From the NCBI GenBank assembly GCA_944325115.1, contig CALUYX010000001.1:8705-72704 (forward strand): a stretch of 64,000 nucleotides of DNA, given 5' to 3'. Within the stretch, counting starts at the first letter, position 1. Every line of letters begins with the position of its first letter. Shown here one piece after another: positions 35,444-45,997 of this stretch. Under the pieces are notes generated by a model, which worked only from the letters and a program-made list of their open reading frames with translations, did not search any database and had not been told where the DNA came from. This stretch comes from Candidatus Gastranaerophilales bacterium. GTDB taxonomy: Bacteria; Cyanobacteriota; Vampirovibrionia; Gastranaerophilales; Gastranaerophilaceae. The translations under genes and the position numbers were made by a program.

Positions 35444-37453
35444 ATGAAAAATTTACATCAGGCATGGAATCTTACATGGTATAATCTTTTTAATATGAAA
35501 GATTTAAAATTAATAGTATGTGCGGTTTTGGTTTTTGTTGTTGTTACAATTTTAATGTTTGTAGTATCAATAAATCGCGATTCAAGCAGAGCGCACAAGC
35601 TTTATGAACAGGGGTTGGAGTTTTATCAAGAACAGGATTATCAAAATGCCTATTATAATTTTTCAAAAATTTCCTGTTTTTCTAAACTCTATCAACTCTC
35701 TCTTTTAAAACAGGCGCAATGCGCCCTTAGTATTGGTGACAAAAAGACTGCTTATTCTAAATTTAAGCATTTGGGTAGTGTTTCAAAAGACCCTCACCTT
35801 GCACCCCTTGCACTATTTAATGCTGCGCTTATAAATATGGAACATAAAAAATATCACCATGCGTATAAAAAGCTTAAAAAGTTGTACAAAAATTACCCAG
35901 ATAGCGATTATCAAAAGGCTTCTTGTTATCTGTTCGGGCTCTTATACAAGCAAAAAAATCCACACTTAGCAAAAGATTATTTTCTTGAGTATCTTGAGTA
36001 TGCCCCCGGGGGAAGATATTCAAAAAATGCTATTGACGAGTTAAGTGAACTTAATTTGTATTTAAACAATAGTGAAAAATACATACTTGCAAATGCTTTT
36101 TACGAAAATGCGCTTTATGAAAAGGCTCTTGCCTATTCAAAAGATTTGGATTTACCGTTATCTGCAATGCTAAGTGCGAAAATATATGAATATTCGGGAA
36201 ACAAAGATGCTGCCCTTGAATATTATAAAAAGGCTATTATGCTAAGTGATGAAACAGTTAAACCCGAGCAAATTTCATTTTTGGTTGAGAAATTTACAAC
36301 CTTATCTCCACTTTCTAAAAAAGATGCGTGTGCGATTTTGGTAAAACAAACAAAAAAAACTGCCGCTTATCCTGCTGTTTTGTTTGAATATGCAAAATAC
36401 TTACCCAAGATGAGCTCTGTAAAATGTTGGCAGCTGATATACAATAAATACCCGCAATCCTATTGGGCACCGCAGTCGCTTTGGAATACTTTTCTTTATA
36501 ATTACGAATTGGGGTACATTAAAAAATCAAAAGAACTCGCACAGCTTCATATAAATAGTTATAAAAATAAGCTTTCAACGCCTGCAATGAAGTTTTGGCA
36601 TGCAAAAATATTGCTGGATGAAAGAAAGCTCTCTGCTGCAAGGCAGGAATTTAAAGAACTTATAAAGACTCATCCGGAAAGTTATTATTCCTATGTTGCA
36701 GATAATATACTTGATGGAAAGACAACGCCGCTAAATGCTCTAAATGTCGGCAATGTAAAATTTGATAATAATTTTAACAAGAATGATTTAAAACAAATCT
36801 TTAATAATGACAAAACACTTATTCTTTTGGCTGAGTTAGGTGATATTGAAACCATTAAAAACTTAAGAGTACATGATGATTTTGTGAGCAGTTATGTTGC
36901 ATACAAGGACGGCAACCTGCCATATTCGATTTATTATGCTCAAAAAGGTTTTGATTTGCTTGAAATAAAGCCGCAGCATTTAGATGCAAGGTATAAGTTG
37001 CTCTATCCTCTGGATTATATAGAGCAAATCAACGAGAATTCAAATATATACGGGCAAAATCCCTATTTAATGCTTGCGCTTATGAGGGAGGAAAGCAGAT
37101 TTAATCCAAAAGCCTACAGCCCTGTTGGTGCAACGGGTTTAATGCAGCTAATGCCTGCTACCGCATCTTCCTTGGGTCTGGGCGAACTAAGTGTGCAAGA
37201 TTTATACAAGCCGGAGTTAAATATTAAGCTGGGCATAAAATATTTTTCCGATTTAAAAAACATGTTTGAACAAAATGAAATGCTGTCAGTGCTTTCATAC
37301 AACGGTGGTCCGTATAATGTTATGAACTGGGCAAAAGAGCTTGAACATAAGAGTTTTGATGAATTTGTCGAAGATATTCCGTTTTCTGAAACACAAAATT
37401 ACATAAAAAAAGTGTTTGGCAGCTACTGGAATTATGTAAAAATCTACAATTAA
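35444..37453 (+). CDS. soluble lytic murein transglycosylase (Slt family) with TPR-like superhelical N-domain
   Basis: The C-terminal SLT motif is LMREESRFNPKAYSPVGATGLMQLMP ... YNGGP. An N-terminal TM/signal anchor is present. Confidence 0.88.
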   Translation: MKNLHQAWNLTWYNLFNMKDLKLIVCAVLVFVVVTILMFVVSINRDSSRAHKLYEQGLEFYQEQDYQNAYYNFSKISCFSKLYQLSLLKQAQCALSIGDKKTAYSKFKHLGSVSKDPHLAPLALFNAALINMEHKKYHHAYKKLKKLYKNYPDSDYQKASCYLFGLLYKQKNPHLAKDYFLEYLEYAPGGRYSKNAIDELSELNLYLNNSEKYILANAFYENALYEKALAYSKDLDLPLSAMLSAKIYEYSGNKDAALEYYKKAIMLSDETVKPEQISFLVEKFTTLSPLSKKDACAILVKQTKKTAAYPAVLFEYAKYLPKMSSVKCWQLIYNKYPQSYWAPQSLWNTFLYNYELGYIKKSKELAQLHINSYKNKLSTPAMKFWHAKILLDERKLSAARQEFKELIKTHPESYYSYVADNILDGKTTPLNALNVGNVKFDNNFNKNDLKQIFNNDKTLILLAELGDIETIKNLRVHDDFVSSYVAYKDGNLPYSIYYAQKGFDLLEIKPQHLDARYKLLYPLDYIEQINENSNIYGQNPYLMLALMREESRFNPKAYSPVGATGLMQLMPATASSLGLGELSVQDLYKPELNIKLGIKYFSDLKNMFEQNEMLSVLSYNGGPYNVMNWAKELEHKSFDEFVEDIPFSETQNYIKKVFGSYWNYVKIYN

Positions 37454-37454
37454 A

Positions 37455-37476
37455 AAGCCGCTTTTTAAGGCGGCTT
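37455..37476. terminator. hairpin terminator between convergent genes
   Basis: aagccgc (37455-37461) pairs with gcggctt (37470-37476). A/T tracts flank both sides. Confidence 0.6.
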
Positions 37477-37506
37477 AAATATTTTTTGTGCTTATTTACC
37501 TGATGT

Positions 37507-38373
37507 TTAGAACAGTGCAGGTTTTTTAACGGGAGCTGCACCGGGGATTGATTCCCAGTTAGCTGCCATAATTTTCTTGAATGATTTAAGAGCTGTATCT
37601 TCAAGTTCACCCAATTCCTCTGCTTGCATAATCAACTCACGAAGCGGAAGAAGTGCTCTTTGGTCTCTTAGTACGCCAAGAGCAGCTGCTGCGCCTGCAC
37701 GTACCAAATCGTTTTCTTGGGTATTTTTCATAACTTCAATTAGAGCGGGAACTGCTTTTGTATCGTTAAGTTTACCAAGAGAAGTTACTGCGTAGATTCT
37801 TACGTTAACCCATTCGTCTTTAAGCATTTTGATGATTTTTTCAACAGCTTTTTTGTTGCCGATTTCACCCAATGCTCTTGTAGCATCGCATCTTACGTTT
37901 ACTTTTTCATGGTCCAGTGACTCAATTAAAGCATCTGTTGCAACGTCACCAATTTCAATTAAAGCATCAGTTGCTGTAATACAAACTTGAGGGTTTTCGT
38001 CATTAAGAGCTTCAACAAGCGGTTCAACAACGATTTTTCCGCCCAAGCGACCAAGTGCACGAGCTGCACGAACACGAACATCGACGTTTCTGTCTTCTCT
38101 TAGAGATTCAATAAGAGGTACTGTCGCTGTTGTGTCGCCCAATTCACCGAGAGCTCTTGCTGCATAAAGGCGTACAGAACCGTTTTTGTCGTTTTTAAGT
38201 ACATCAATAAGCGGTTCTACTGCATTAAAGTCGCCCATTTCTCCAAGAACTCTTGCAGCATTATAGCGAACTTTTTCGGAGTTGCTGGCTTTAAGGTCTT
38301 TAATCAACTCTTCAAAAGATTTTTTTGCCTGTTTTTTTCTATTGTTCACACTAATTGTCATTGCTTCCTCCAA
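37507..38373 (-). CDS. HEAT-repeat (PBS-lyase-type) protein
   Basis: About eight tandem ~31-aa repeats follow the form VRxxAAxALGxxGDxxAVxPLIxxLxD. Confidence 0.85.
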   Translation of the reverse strand: MEEAMTISVNNRKKQAKKSFEELIKDLKASNSEKVRYNAARVLGEMGDFNAVEPLIDVLKNDKNGSVRLYAARALGELGDTTATVPLIESLREDRNVDVRVRAARALGRLGGKIVVEPLVEALNDENPQVCITATDALIEIGDVATDALIESLDHEKVNVRCDATRALGEIGNKKAVEKIIKMLKDEWVNVRIYAVTSLGKLNDTKAVPALIEVMKNTQENDLVRAGAAAALGVLRDQRALLPLRELIMQAEELGELEDTALKSFKKIMAANWESIPGAAPVKKPALF

Positions 38374-38765
38374 TAGACATTATTCTCTTCACACAAAATT
38401 TTCACTAACCTTATTAATAAAAACTTACTTCAAGAGAATATTTACCTTTTTGCTACTACCTTTAACCTATTTTTTACATTTTTTAACATTAAATTTTAAT
38501 TTTTTAATGGTAAAAAGAACACTTTATGTTAATAATATAACATTTTTTTTGAGGTTTGTCTTAGTTTATTTATATTAGTTAACAATTTATGACATATGTT
38601 TTAGTAAAGTAAGGTAACATAGTGAAATGTCGCATATTGTTATCTTTACAAAAGTTTACACTATTAAATAGCACATGACTTTATTTTGGTGTATTGTATA
38701 TATGGTCGTTTTGACGTGTTGTTAATATAAAATAGGTTGTTAGGTAAGACAAAAGGAGAGAAACT

Positions 38766-40748
38766 TTGTTAGTTAGTGCGATTAAACCAAATCTTTACAA
38801 AAACAAACAGTATGCTACTATGCCGAGTTTTACGGGTAGAAATTCTCAAGCTCCTGCTTCAAAAAAATCTGCCGCTGTTGATGAAAATTTGAGTGAAAAT
38901 ATTAAAAAAGCACTCGATGTTTTGGGCAACAAAAAGCTTGAATTAATTATCCATAACGCAAGTGCCCCAAGTATTCCTTCAAAAGATGTGGGCATTGGTT
39001 CACTCTACAGTGAAACATCAAAAGAGAAATTAATTCCTTTCTTGGAAAAATATGGTTTCTCGGGTGTTCAGGTTGACCCTGAGGGCAGAAGACCATCTCA
39101 TGACCCATCTCCTTATGTTTCAAATTCTTTTGTTTATAATCCTTTGATAATAGATTTGGAGGATTTAACAAAACCCGAAAACGGTGCGCTTTTGGATAAA
39201 AATATATATAAAACAATTGTAAGACTTAACCCTGCAAAAGACACCGATAATGGTGACTATGAGCACGCTCGAGACAGTTACGAATTAGCTCTTGGGCATG
39301 TTTGGAATAATTTTAAGGCAAAAAGTTCGGACGATGATTTAGTGGATGACCCTACAGAAGCCGACGCTATTGAAGAACTAAAGAGCGATTATGCCGAATA
39401 TGTTGAAGAAAATGGTGAAATGCTTGAGCCTTATGCAATTTATTCTGTTCTGACAGACAAGTTTAACAATGACTACTACAAAAATTGGCCTCAAGAGTAT
39501 CAAAATTTATACAATCCGAGAAATGAAAGCCTTATAACTCAAATTAAAGCAGAAAATGCTGATGAAATTGATAAATATATGTTTGTTGATATGCTTGCAA
39601 AGAAAGCAAGAGATGAAGGCATTGAAGCGTACGAACAAGCAGGTATAAAGACAGAGGGTGATAATCCTGTAGCTTTTTCAAACCAAGAAGTATGGGCTCA
39701 TCCGAATGCTTTCTTAAAAGATTACAAAATGGGTTGTCCTCCGGATAACGATAATCCTGAAGGTCAAGCTTGGGGGTTTGCTGTTTTAAACCCGTCAAAA
39801 CTTTTTAACAATGATGGCTCACTTGGTGAATCAGGTCAACTTTTGTACGATAAATGCAAAAAATTGGCACAAGATAACCAAGGTGGTATTAGAATTGACC
39901 ATATAGTAGGTCTTATTGACCCTTATGTATATAAAGGTACACCTGTTGATAATACCGCAGGCAGACTTTTTTCTTCGCCTCATAATCACGATTTGAAAAA
40001 GTTTGCCATACCTGTTAATTCTCCACAAAGTGCACAAAGATTTGCTTCAATTTTAGAAAACATTGTTCTTCCTGCATGTGAAGAAGCGGGACTTACAAAA
40101 GATGATATTATTTGTGAGAACTTAGGTGCAATGCCTGACCATACAAGAGCAGCTTTTGAAAAATTAGGTCTGGGTGGTATGGTTGTGACTCAATATCATA
40201 ACGGTATGATGGCAAAACCTGAAGATACAATTATGCTTGGCTCTCATGACACCCTTCCTTTTGTTTCATATGTCAATAAATTGTATGGCAAATACGGACA
40301 GGATAAGTTTAACCATGCACTATGGCCGGCTGTTGAAAATTCCATGCCAAAAAATGCAACCCATGCACAAAAACAGGCTGAGTTTGACAAATACAGATTT
40401 GATATGAACAGGCATCAACCTGATGTAAACAAAGCGGCTTTTGCTCAAAAGAAATTTACGGAACTCTTTACAAGTCCTGCTCAGAGAGTACAAATTTTCT
40501 GGACTGATTTACTTGGTATGGAAAAAAGATACAATACTCCGGGTACTTCAAGCGGAAACTGGACACTTAGACTTAGTTCCGATTTTGACAAACAATTTGA
40601 CCCGTCAATGCTGATACAAGGAATTTCTGACGCACTTAAGGCGCAAGACGCAAAAACGGTAAGAGAAAATCAAGATTTAATTAACTCTCTTGATAAAAGT
40701 GCTGCACAGGCTCGTGCCAATAATAAAGGGTTAAATATTATAGGCTAG
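38766..40748 (+). CDS. malQ: 4-alpha-glucanotransferase (GH77, amylomaltase-like) with ~60-aa N-terminal extension
   Basis: The TTG start is preceded by AAAGGAGAG. GH77-like regions seen are GIGSLYSE, GGIRIDHIVGL, ENLGAMP and GSHDT. Confidence 0.75.
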   Translation: MLVSAIKPNLYKNKQYATMPSFTGRNSQAPASKKSAAVDENLSENIKKALDVLGNKKLELIIHNASAPSIPSKDVGIGSLYSETSKEKLIPFLEKYGFSGVQVDPEGRRPSHDPSPYVSNSFVYNPLIIDLEDLTKPENGALLDKNIYKTIVRLNPAKDTDNGDYEHARDSYELALGHVWNNFKAKSSDDDLVDDPTEADAIEELKSDYAEYVEENGEMLEPYAIYSVLTDKFNNDYYKNWPQEYQNLYNPRNESLITQIKAENADEIDKYMFVDMLAKKARDEGIEAYEQAGIKTEGDNPVAFSNQEVWAHPNAFLKDYKMGCPPDNDNPEGQAWGFAVLNPSKLFNNDGSLGESGQLLYDKCKKLAQDNQGGIRIDHIVGLIDPYVYKGTPVDNTAGRLFSSPHNHDLKKFAIPVNSPQSAQRFASILENIVLPACEEAGLTKDDIICENLGAMPDHTRAAFEKLGLGGMVVTQYHNGMMAKPEDTIMLGSHDTLPFVSYVNKLYGKYGQDKFNHALWPAVENSMPKNATHAQKQAEFDKYRFDMNRHQPDVNKAAFAQKKFTELFTSPAQRVQIFWTDLLGMEKRYNTPGTSSGNWTLRLSSDFDKQFDPSMLIQGISDALKAQDAKTVRENQDLINSLDKSAAQARANNKGLNIIG

Positions 40749-40770
40749 TTTGTTATATTCTACATAAATA

Positions 40771-40800
40771 AAAACCTCCGATAAAAGTCGGAGGTTTTTT
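40771..40800. terminator. bidirectional Rho-independent terminator
   Basis: aaaacctccg (40771-40780) pairs with cggaggtttt (40789-40798). It has an A-tract upstream and a T-tract downstream, and lies between convergent genes. Confidence 0.85.
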
Positions 40801-40824
40801 GTATAAATAATTTAGTTTTATTCT

Positions 40825-41736
40825 TCAAAACTTGCCATTCATTCCGTCCGATATTATTTCTTGGACGGTTTCATTCATTTCTTCAGGTCTTTGTTCTGCA
40901 GTTTTAATGAGTGTGGCATTATCTGTAATAAACCAATCTGGTACAGTATGTTCGTATTTGTTTTGTGCTTTGCCGAAAAGTGAGTTGATTTCTCGTACTT
41001 CTTCTCTTGTTGCCATCATTTCTTTAATATTTTTATCAAAAGTTTTTTGTTCTTTATTTGCCACTTTTGCTGCAAGACCTAGTGCTGCAAGTATGCCACT
41101 TGCCATAATAATTAATTTGGAATTGTTTGATAATGCTTTTGTCAGTTTGGGGTGTTTTGCTGCAAGGTTTTTAAGAGGGCTCGCTATGTTTTTCTTAACA
41201 GCTTTTACAAAACCGTTAGACTTAACTGTATTGTCAAAATTTAAAGCAGCTTTTGAGATATGCTTTTCAGCTCCGGGTATTTTACCCATTAAGTAGTTGA
41301 TGCCTTTGCCGATAACTTTGCTTGCTGTAAGGTAAAGTGCTGTTCCGCCTGCAAGCATTCCGCCAACCATTATGCCTCTTTTTGTATTTTCATTTTTTAC
41401 ATTGTCTGAAGCTTTTAAAGAAACTTTTTGCGCTATATTGAATGATTTGTTTAATATTACCCAAGAAGCCAAGCTTCCAAGACCAACTGCTAATTTAGCC
41501 GAGGGTGAGCCTTTTGTTTTTACAACGTTATCTGCAATTAAAGCACCTATTGTAGCGGGGAAAACAATTTTTGATGCAATTTTAGATGGTGATTTGTCCA
41601 TCTCTTTTTTAGTCTTTAAGGCGCTTTCAATCAGCACTTGTTCATCAGTCATATTTGCAATTTTGTTCATATTTTTTTGCATTTGTTGCGTATTATTGTC
41701 GTAATAAGGTATTTTCTGCATTTTTACATAAGCCAT
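40825..41736 (-). CDS. hypothetical membrane-associated protein
   Basis: 303 aa with a GAAGG-type Shine-Dalgarno upstream. It is Lys-rich with 3-4 hydrophobic/glycine-zipper helices. I prefer it over the two antisense + strand ORFs, which are rich in S/F/C/L. Confidence 0.6.
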   Translation of the reverse strand: MAYVKMQKIPYYDNNTQQMQKNMNKIANMTDEQVLIESALKTKKEMDKSPSKIASKIVFPATIGALIADNVVKTKGSPSAKLAVGLGSLASWVILNKSFNIAQKVSLKASDNVKNENTKRGIMVGGMLAGGTALYLTASKVIGKGINYLMGKIPGAEKHISKAALNFDNTVKSNGFVKAVKKNIASPLKNLAAKHPKLTKALSNNSKLIIMASGILAALGLAAKVANKEQKTFDKNIKEMMATREEVREINSLFGKAQNKYEHTVPDWFITDNATLIKTAEQRPEEMNETVQEIISDGMNGKF

Positions 41737-41880
41737 ATTAACCTTCTTTCATAATAGTTTGCAAAAAGCTGATTTTCATATATTATATTGTAATACGATA
41801 AGTGTCATAAATGCAATTAGTTGCTTTAATACCGTATTTATAAGCAGAATTTTTACAAAAATATACAAAGGGGAAGGCAA

Positions 41881-43188
41881 TTGAACTACATTAAAATAGT
41901 TGATGTTACAAACAGGGATGGCGTACAAACTTCAAGATTGGGTTTAGCTAAACTGCAGAAAACAATAATAAATATCATGCTCAATGAAATGGGTATAAAT
42001 CAATCGGAATTTGGCTTCCCTACCACAGAACACGAAATTAATTATCTGAATGGTAATTTGCAGCTTGTTGAGCGTGGTTTGATTAACAAGACAAAGCTTT
42101 CGGGCTGGATGAGAGCAATTGCTTCAGACGTACAGAAGGCCTTTAACAATGTGCCGAAATTGCAGTATATCAATCTTTCTCAGTCTACTTCAGATCAGAT
42201 GATTAAGGGTAAGTATCAAGGTAAGAAAAGCAAAAAAGACATTTTAAATCAAACTTGCGAAGCGATAAATGAAGCTATTGCTCAAGGGGCGAAGATTATC
42301 GGTGTTAATGCTGAAGATGCTTCAAGAAGTGACCTTGATTATCTTATTGAATATGCCAAAGAATGTAAGCGCTACGGAGCCGTGCGTTTTAGATACTGTG
42401 ATACTTTAGGATATGATGACCCTCAAACTGCTTATGAAAGAATCTTTCAAATTGCAAAAGAGGCACAAATGGATGTAGAAATGCATTTTCACAATGACCT
42501 TGGTATGGCAACCGCTTGCTCTGTTATGGGTGCAAAGGCTGCAATTGATGCCGGTGTTGATGCTTGGATTAATACCGCAATAAACGGCATGGGCGAGCGT
42601 GCCGGAAATGCCGATTTGGTATCTTGCATTCTTGCAATTGAAAAATCAAGCGGTTTTAGAGGCAAATATATGCTTGACCCTCAAATTGATATTTCAAAAG
42701 CTTGGCGACTGGCAAAATATACTTCATACGCTTTTGGTGTGCCAATTCCTATGAATCAGCCGGCGGTGGGCGATAACGCATTTGCTCATGAAAGCGGTAT
42801 ACACGCAGATGGCGCGCTTAAAGACAGAAGAAATTATGAATTGTATGATTATGAAGAACTGGGTAAAGGTGAACCTGAAATCATTGAAACAGGCAGAATG
42901 ATTACTGTTGGTGAGTACTCGGGTATTAAAGGTTTTAGAAACGTATATCAGAATCTTGAACTTGAGTTTAATGATGAAGATGAAGCAAGAAACATTTTGG
43001 AACTTGTTCGTTATGCAAACGTACATACTCAAAAACCTCTGACAGACAGTGAGTTAAGATTCATCTATTACTACCCAAACATCGCTGCAAAAATTATGAC
43101 TGTTGAACCATACTACAAGCCTCATGGTGCACTAAAAGAAAGAATTGAAAGAGTTGATAATTTGGTTGAGGGTTCAAAAATAGTATAA
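41881..43188 (+). CDS. homocitrate/2-isopropylmalate/citramalate synthase-family enzyme (HMGL-like aldolase)
   Basis: Motifs seen are IVDVTNRDGVQ, CDTLGY, HFHNDLGMATA and NGMGERAGNA. Substrate specificity cannot be judged by eye. The start is TTG. Confidence 0.8.
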   Translation: MNYIKIVDVTNRDGVQTSRLGLAKLQKTIINIMLNEMGINQSEFGFPTTEHEINYLNGNLQLVERGLINKTKLSGWMRAIASDVQKAFNNVPKLQYINLSQSTSDQMIKGKYQGKKSKKDILNQTCEAINEAIAQGAKIIGVNAEDASRSDLDYLIEYAKECKRYGAVRFRYCDTLGYDDPQTAYERIFQIAKEAQMDVEMHFHNDLGMATACSVMGAKAAIDAGVDAWINTAINGMGERAGNADLVSCILAIEKSSGFRGKYMLDPQIDISKAWRLAKYTSYAFGVPIPMNQPAVGDNAFAHESGIHADGALKDRRNYELYDYEELGKGEPEIIETGRMITVGEYSGIKGFRNVYQNLELEFNDEDEARNILELVRYANVHTQKPLTDSELRFIYYYPNIAAKIMTVEPYYKPHGALKERIERVDNLVEGSKIV

Positions 43189-44486
43189 TGGCAAGCGAAT
43201 TTAAAAAGGTCTATATTGAAACCCTTGGTTGTCAGATGAATAAGTCCGACAGTGAAAGAATTTTTGGAATACTTTCGCATTTTGGTTACGAGCCATGCGA
43301 GGATGAAAACGAAGCAGATTTTTGCATTGTAAATACTTGTTCAATAAGGCAATTATCAGAAGAAAAAGCATACTCTAAACTTGGCGTTTGGGGCAAGATG
43401 AAAAAAGATAAGCCACTAAAAATCGCTATTTGCGGCTGCGTGGCTCAGCAGGAAAAAGAAAAATTATTAAAGCGTTTTCCTTATGTTGACCTTGTTTTTG
43501 GTACTCAAAATATATATGAACTTCCCGAATTGATAAAAAAAGACGGCAGAGTTTGCGCCGTTAGAGAGAACCCTGTAAAAGAGGGTGATTATAATATCAT
43601 CAGGGCAAAAAACTTAAACGCTTGGCTTCCGATAATTGAAGGGTGCAACAACTTCTGCTCATATTGTGTTGTTCCATACACAAGAGGTCGTGAGCACTCA
43701 AGAGAGCCCGAGAGGATAATTGATGAAGCAAAAAGTATAATAGCACAAGGATATAAGGAAATTACACTGTTAGGACAAAATGTGGACAGTTACGGTAAAG
43801 ACCTTGAAGCTAAACCTACACTTGCATATTTGCTTCGAGAAATCGACAAGCTGGATGGGGATTTTAGAATCAGATTCACTACATCATACCCTACAGATAT
43901 AACAGATGAATTGATTGAAACAGTGAAAAATTCAAAAAAAGTTTGCGAGTGCTTTCACATTCCTATGCAAAGCGGTTCGGATAGAGTGCTAAAGTCCATG
44001 AACCGTCGTTATAACAGGGAAAAATATGCGCAAATAGTGAAAAAAATTCGTGAAAATATAAAAGATGTTACGATTACTTCAGATTTTATTGCCGGCTTCC
44101 CGTCTGAAACGGATGAAGAATTTAAAATGACGCTTAGCGCGTTTGACGAGTTTGAACTGGATTATTCAAACACTGCAGCATATTCACCACGTCCCAATAC
44201 TCCTGCAGGAAAAATGGTTGATAAATTTATTGACGAAGATGAAAAAAAGAAAAGACTTGCGATTTTAAACGACAAAGTAAAAGAAATGTCGCTAAAGTCT
44301 AACCAAAAATATTTGGGTCGAAGCCTTGAAGTGCTTATCGAATCTTTTAAAAACGGCAAATACGAAGGAAGAACAAGAAACAATAAAGTCGTTCATGTTA
44401 CAGGTGAAAACATCAATATTGGCGACTTTATATGGGCAGAAATCGATAGGGCGTCCACTTGGTGTCTTTTTGGCAGCAAAAAATAA
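43188..44486 (+). CDS. miaB: tRNA (i6A37) methylthiotransferase MiaB
   Basis: It has the UPF0004 N-domain (YIETLGCQMNKSDSE), the radical-SAM cluster CNNFCSYCVVPYTRG and a C-terminal TRAM domain. Confidence 0.88.
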   Translation: MASEFKKVYIETLGCQMNKSDSERIFGILSHFGYEPCEDENEADFCIVNTCSIRQLSEEKAYSKLGVWGKMKKDKPLKIAICGCVAQQEKEKLLKRFPYVDLVFGTQNIYELPELIKKDGRVCAVRENPVKEGDYNIIRAKNLNAWLPIIEGCNNFCSYCVVPYTRGREHSREPERIIDEAKSIIAQGYKEITLLGQNVDSYGKDLEAKPTLAYLLREIDKLDGDFRIRFTTSYPTDITDELIETVKNSKKVCECFHIPMQSGSDRVLKSMNRRYNREKYAQIVKKIRENIKDVTITSDFIAGFPSETDEEFKMTLSAFDEFELDYSNTAAYSPRPNTPAGKMVDKFIDEDEKKKRLAILNDKVKEMSLKSNQKYLGRSLEVLIESFKNGKYEGRTRNNKVVHVTGENINIGDFIWAEIDRASTWCLFGSKK

Positions 44487-44488
44487 TT

Positions 44489-45874
44489 CTATCTACCTAT
44501 TTTTTGTGTTAACTCTTCTCTTGATTCTTCATACCCTGCTCTTCCCATAAGAGCGTATGTGTAGTTTTTGGCTTGTTCTACACCGGGTTGGTTGAAAGCA
44601 TTTATGTTATACAATTCACCAATTATTGCGGTTTGCACCTCAAGCATATAAAACAGTTGTGCAAGGTTTCTTGCATCTACTTTTGGAAGTGTAATAGTTA
44701 AATTTGGGCGTTTAAAATCTGTAAGTGCAACGGCTGTCGAGTCTGCCTCGGCGTTTATAAGGTTGTTAATTGTGTTTCCGCCAAGATAGCCAATGCCTGT
44801 GTATTCAAAAATTTTAGGTATTTCAAGTGTTGTGTCAAATTCGCCTACTCGTATGAAAGTAATTATTTTGTCGTTTTTACCTTCGTTGTACAGTTGAATT
44901 TGTGAGTGCTGGTCTGTTGCGCCAAGGGCTTTTATTGGCGTTGGTCCGATGTTTACCTTGTTGCCGTCACGGTCAACTTCTTTGCCAAGCGACTCTGCCC
45001 AAAGTTGTACGTACCAGTCGGCAACATATTTCAGTCTGCTTGAATACGGCATCATAACGGAGATATAATTACCTTTTTGAGTATCCATAAGATAGTGTAT
45101 AAGGGCGTTTTGAGCTGCTATATTTTTTCTTATGTCTGTATTTTTGAGCGTTAAATCCATAATTTTAACGCCTTCCATAATTTCATCGATGTCTATACCT
45201 ACAAGAGCCATAGGTACAAGACCTACTGCAGAAAACACCGAAAATCTTCCGCCTACATCATCGGGGACAACAAAAGTTTTATAGCCTTCTTCGTTTGCTA
45301 TTTGCCTTAATATGCCTGATTGTTTGTCTGTCGTAGCAACAATATTTTTTCTGTAGTCGTCACCAAGCAGATTCTGCATTCTGTCTTTTATTATCATAAA
45401 CTGTGACATGGTTTCTGCAGTTGAGCCTGATTTTGTAATGACATTTACCAGAGTCTTTTTTAAATCAAGCATATCAAGAAGTGCATTTATCTGGTCAGGG
45501 TCTATATTATCAATGAAAAATATTCTCGGAAGTCCGCCCCGCTCTTCTTTAGACAACATATTCCAATACGGTTTCAAAAGGGCTTCGCACATAGCTATTG
45601 AGCCAAGTGCACTACCACCGATACCTAAGACGAGTATATTGTCAAAACGCCCTTCAACCATTGCTGCGTATTCTTTTACGTACCATACGGTTTCTTCGTT
45701 GTAGCCAAGATTCATCCACTGCAACCATTGACCGGGCTTATCTTTTCTTAAATTCAAATCAAGGATAATGTCGCTGATTTTCTTTTCATACTGATTAAAT
45801 GCTTCCTCAAGGTTTATGCCTCTTTCTTCGCCAAGAATATCGGCACTAACATTTCTACAGTTGAATTCTATCAT
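44489..45874 (-). CDS. pgi: glucose-6-phosphate isomerase
   Basis: 461 aa. Segments seen are GIGGSALG, TKSGSTAET, GGRFSVFSAVG and DQHSQIQLYNEG. Confidence 0.92.
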   Translation of the reverse strand: MIEFNCRNVSADILGEERGINLEEAFNQYEKKISDIILDLNLRKDKPGQWLQWMNLGYNEETVWYVKEYAAMVEGRFDNILVLGIGGSALGSIAMCEALLKPYWNMLSKEERGGLPRIFFIDNIDPDQINALLDMLDLKKTLVNVITKSGSTAETMSQFMIIKDRMQNLLGDDYRKNIVATTDKQSGILRQIANEEGYKTFVVPDDVGGRFSVFSAVGLVPMALVGIDIDEIMEGVKIMDLTLKNTDIRKNIAAQNALIHYLMDTQKGNYISVMMPYSSRLKYVADWYVQLWAESLGKEVDRDGNKVNIGPTPIKALGATDQHSQIQLYNEGKNDKIITFIRVGEFDTTLEIPKIFEYTGIGYLGGNTINNLINAEADSTAVALTDFKRPNLTITLPKVDARNLAQLFYMLEVQTAIIGELYNINAFNQPGVEQAKNYTYALMGRAGYEESREELTQKIGR

Positions 45875-45997
45875 TTGTACTCCCTTGATAAACTAAAAAT
45901 ACGCCCTTTACTTTATTGTATACGCTGAGAGCGATATGTAAAGAGTTAAAAAATTACCATGATGTGTAATTTAAAAATGTTGTTTTCCTGAAAATAT

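Noticed and set aside
40832-41704. Two + strand ORFs (40832..41296 and 41372..41704) opposite the 303-aa minus-strand gene.
   Set aside because: They are S/F/C/L-rich antisense-type products split by stops. The minus-strand ORF is continuous, has an SD and ends at a bidirectional terminator.
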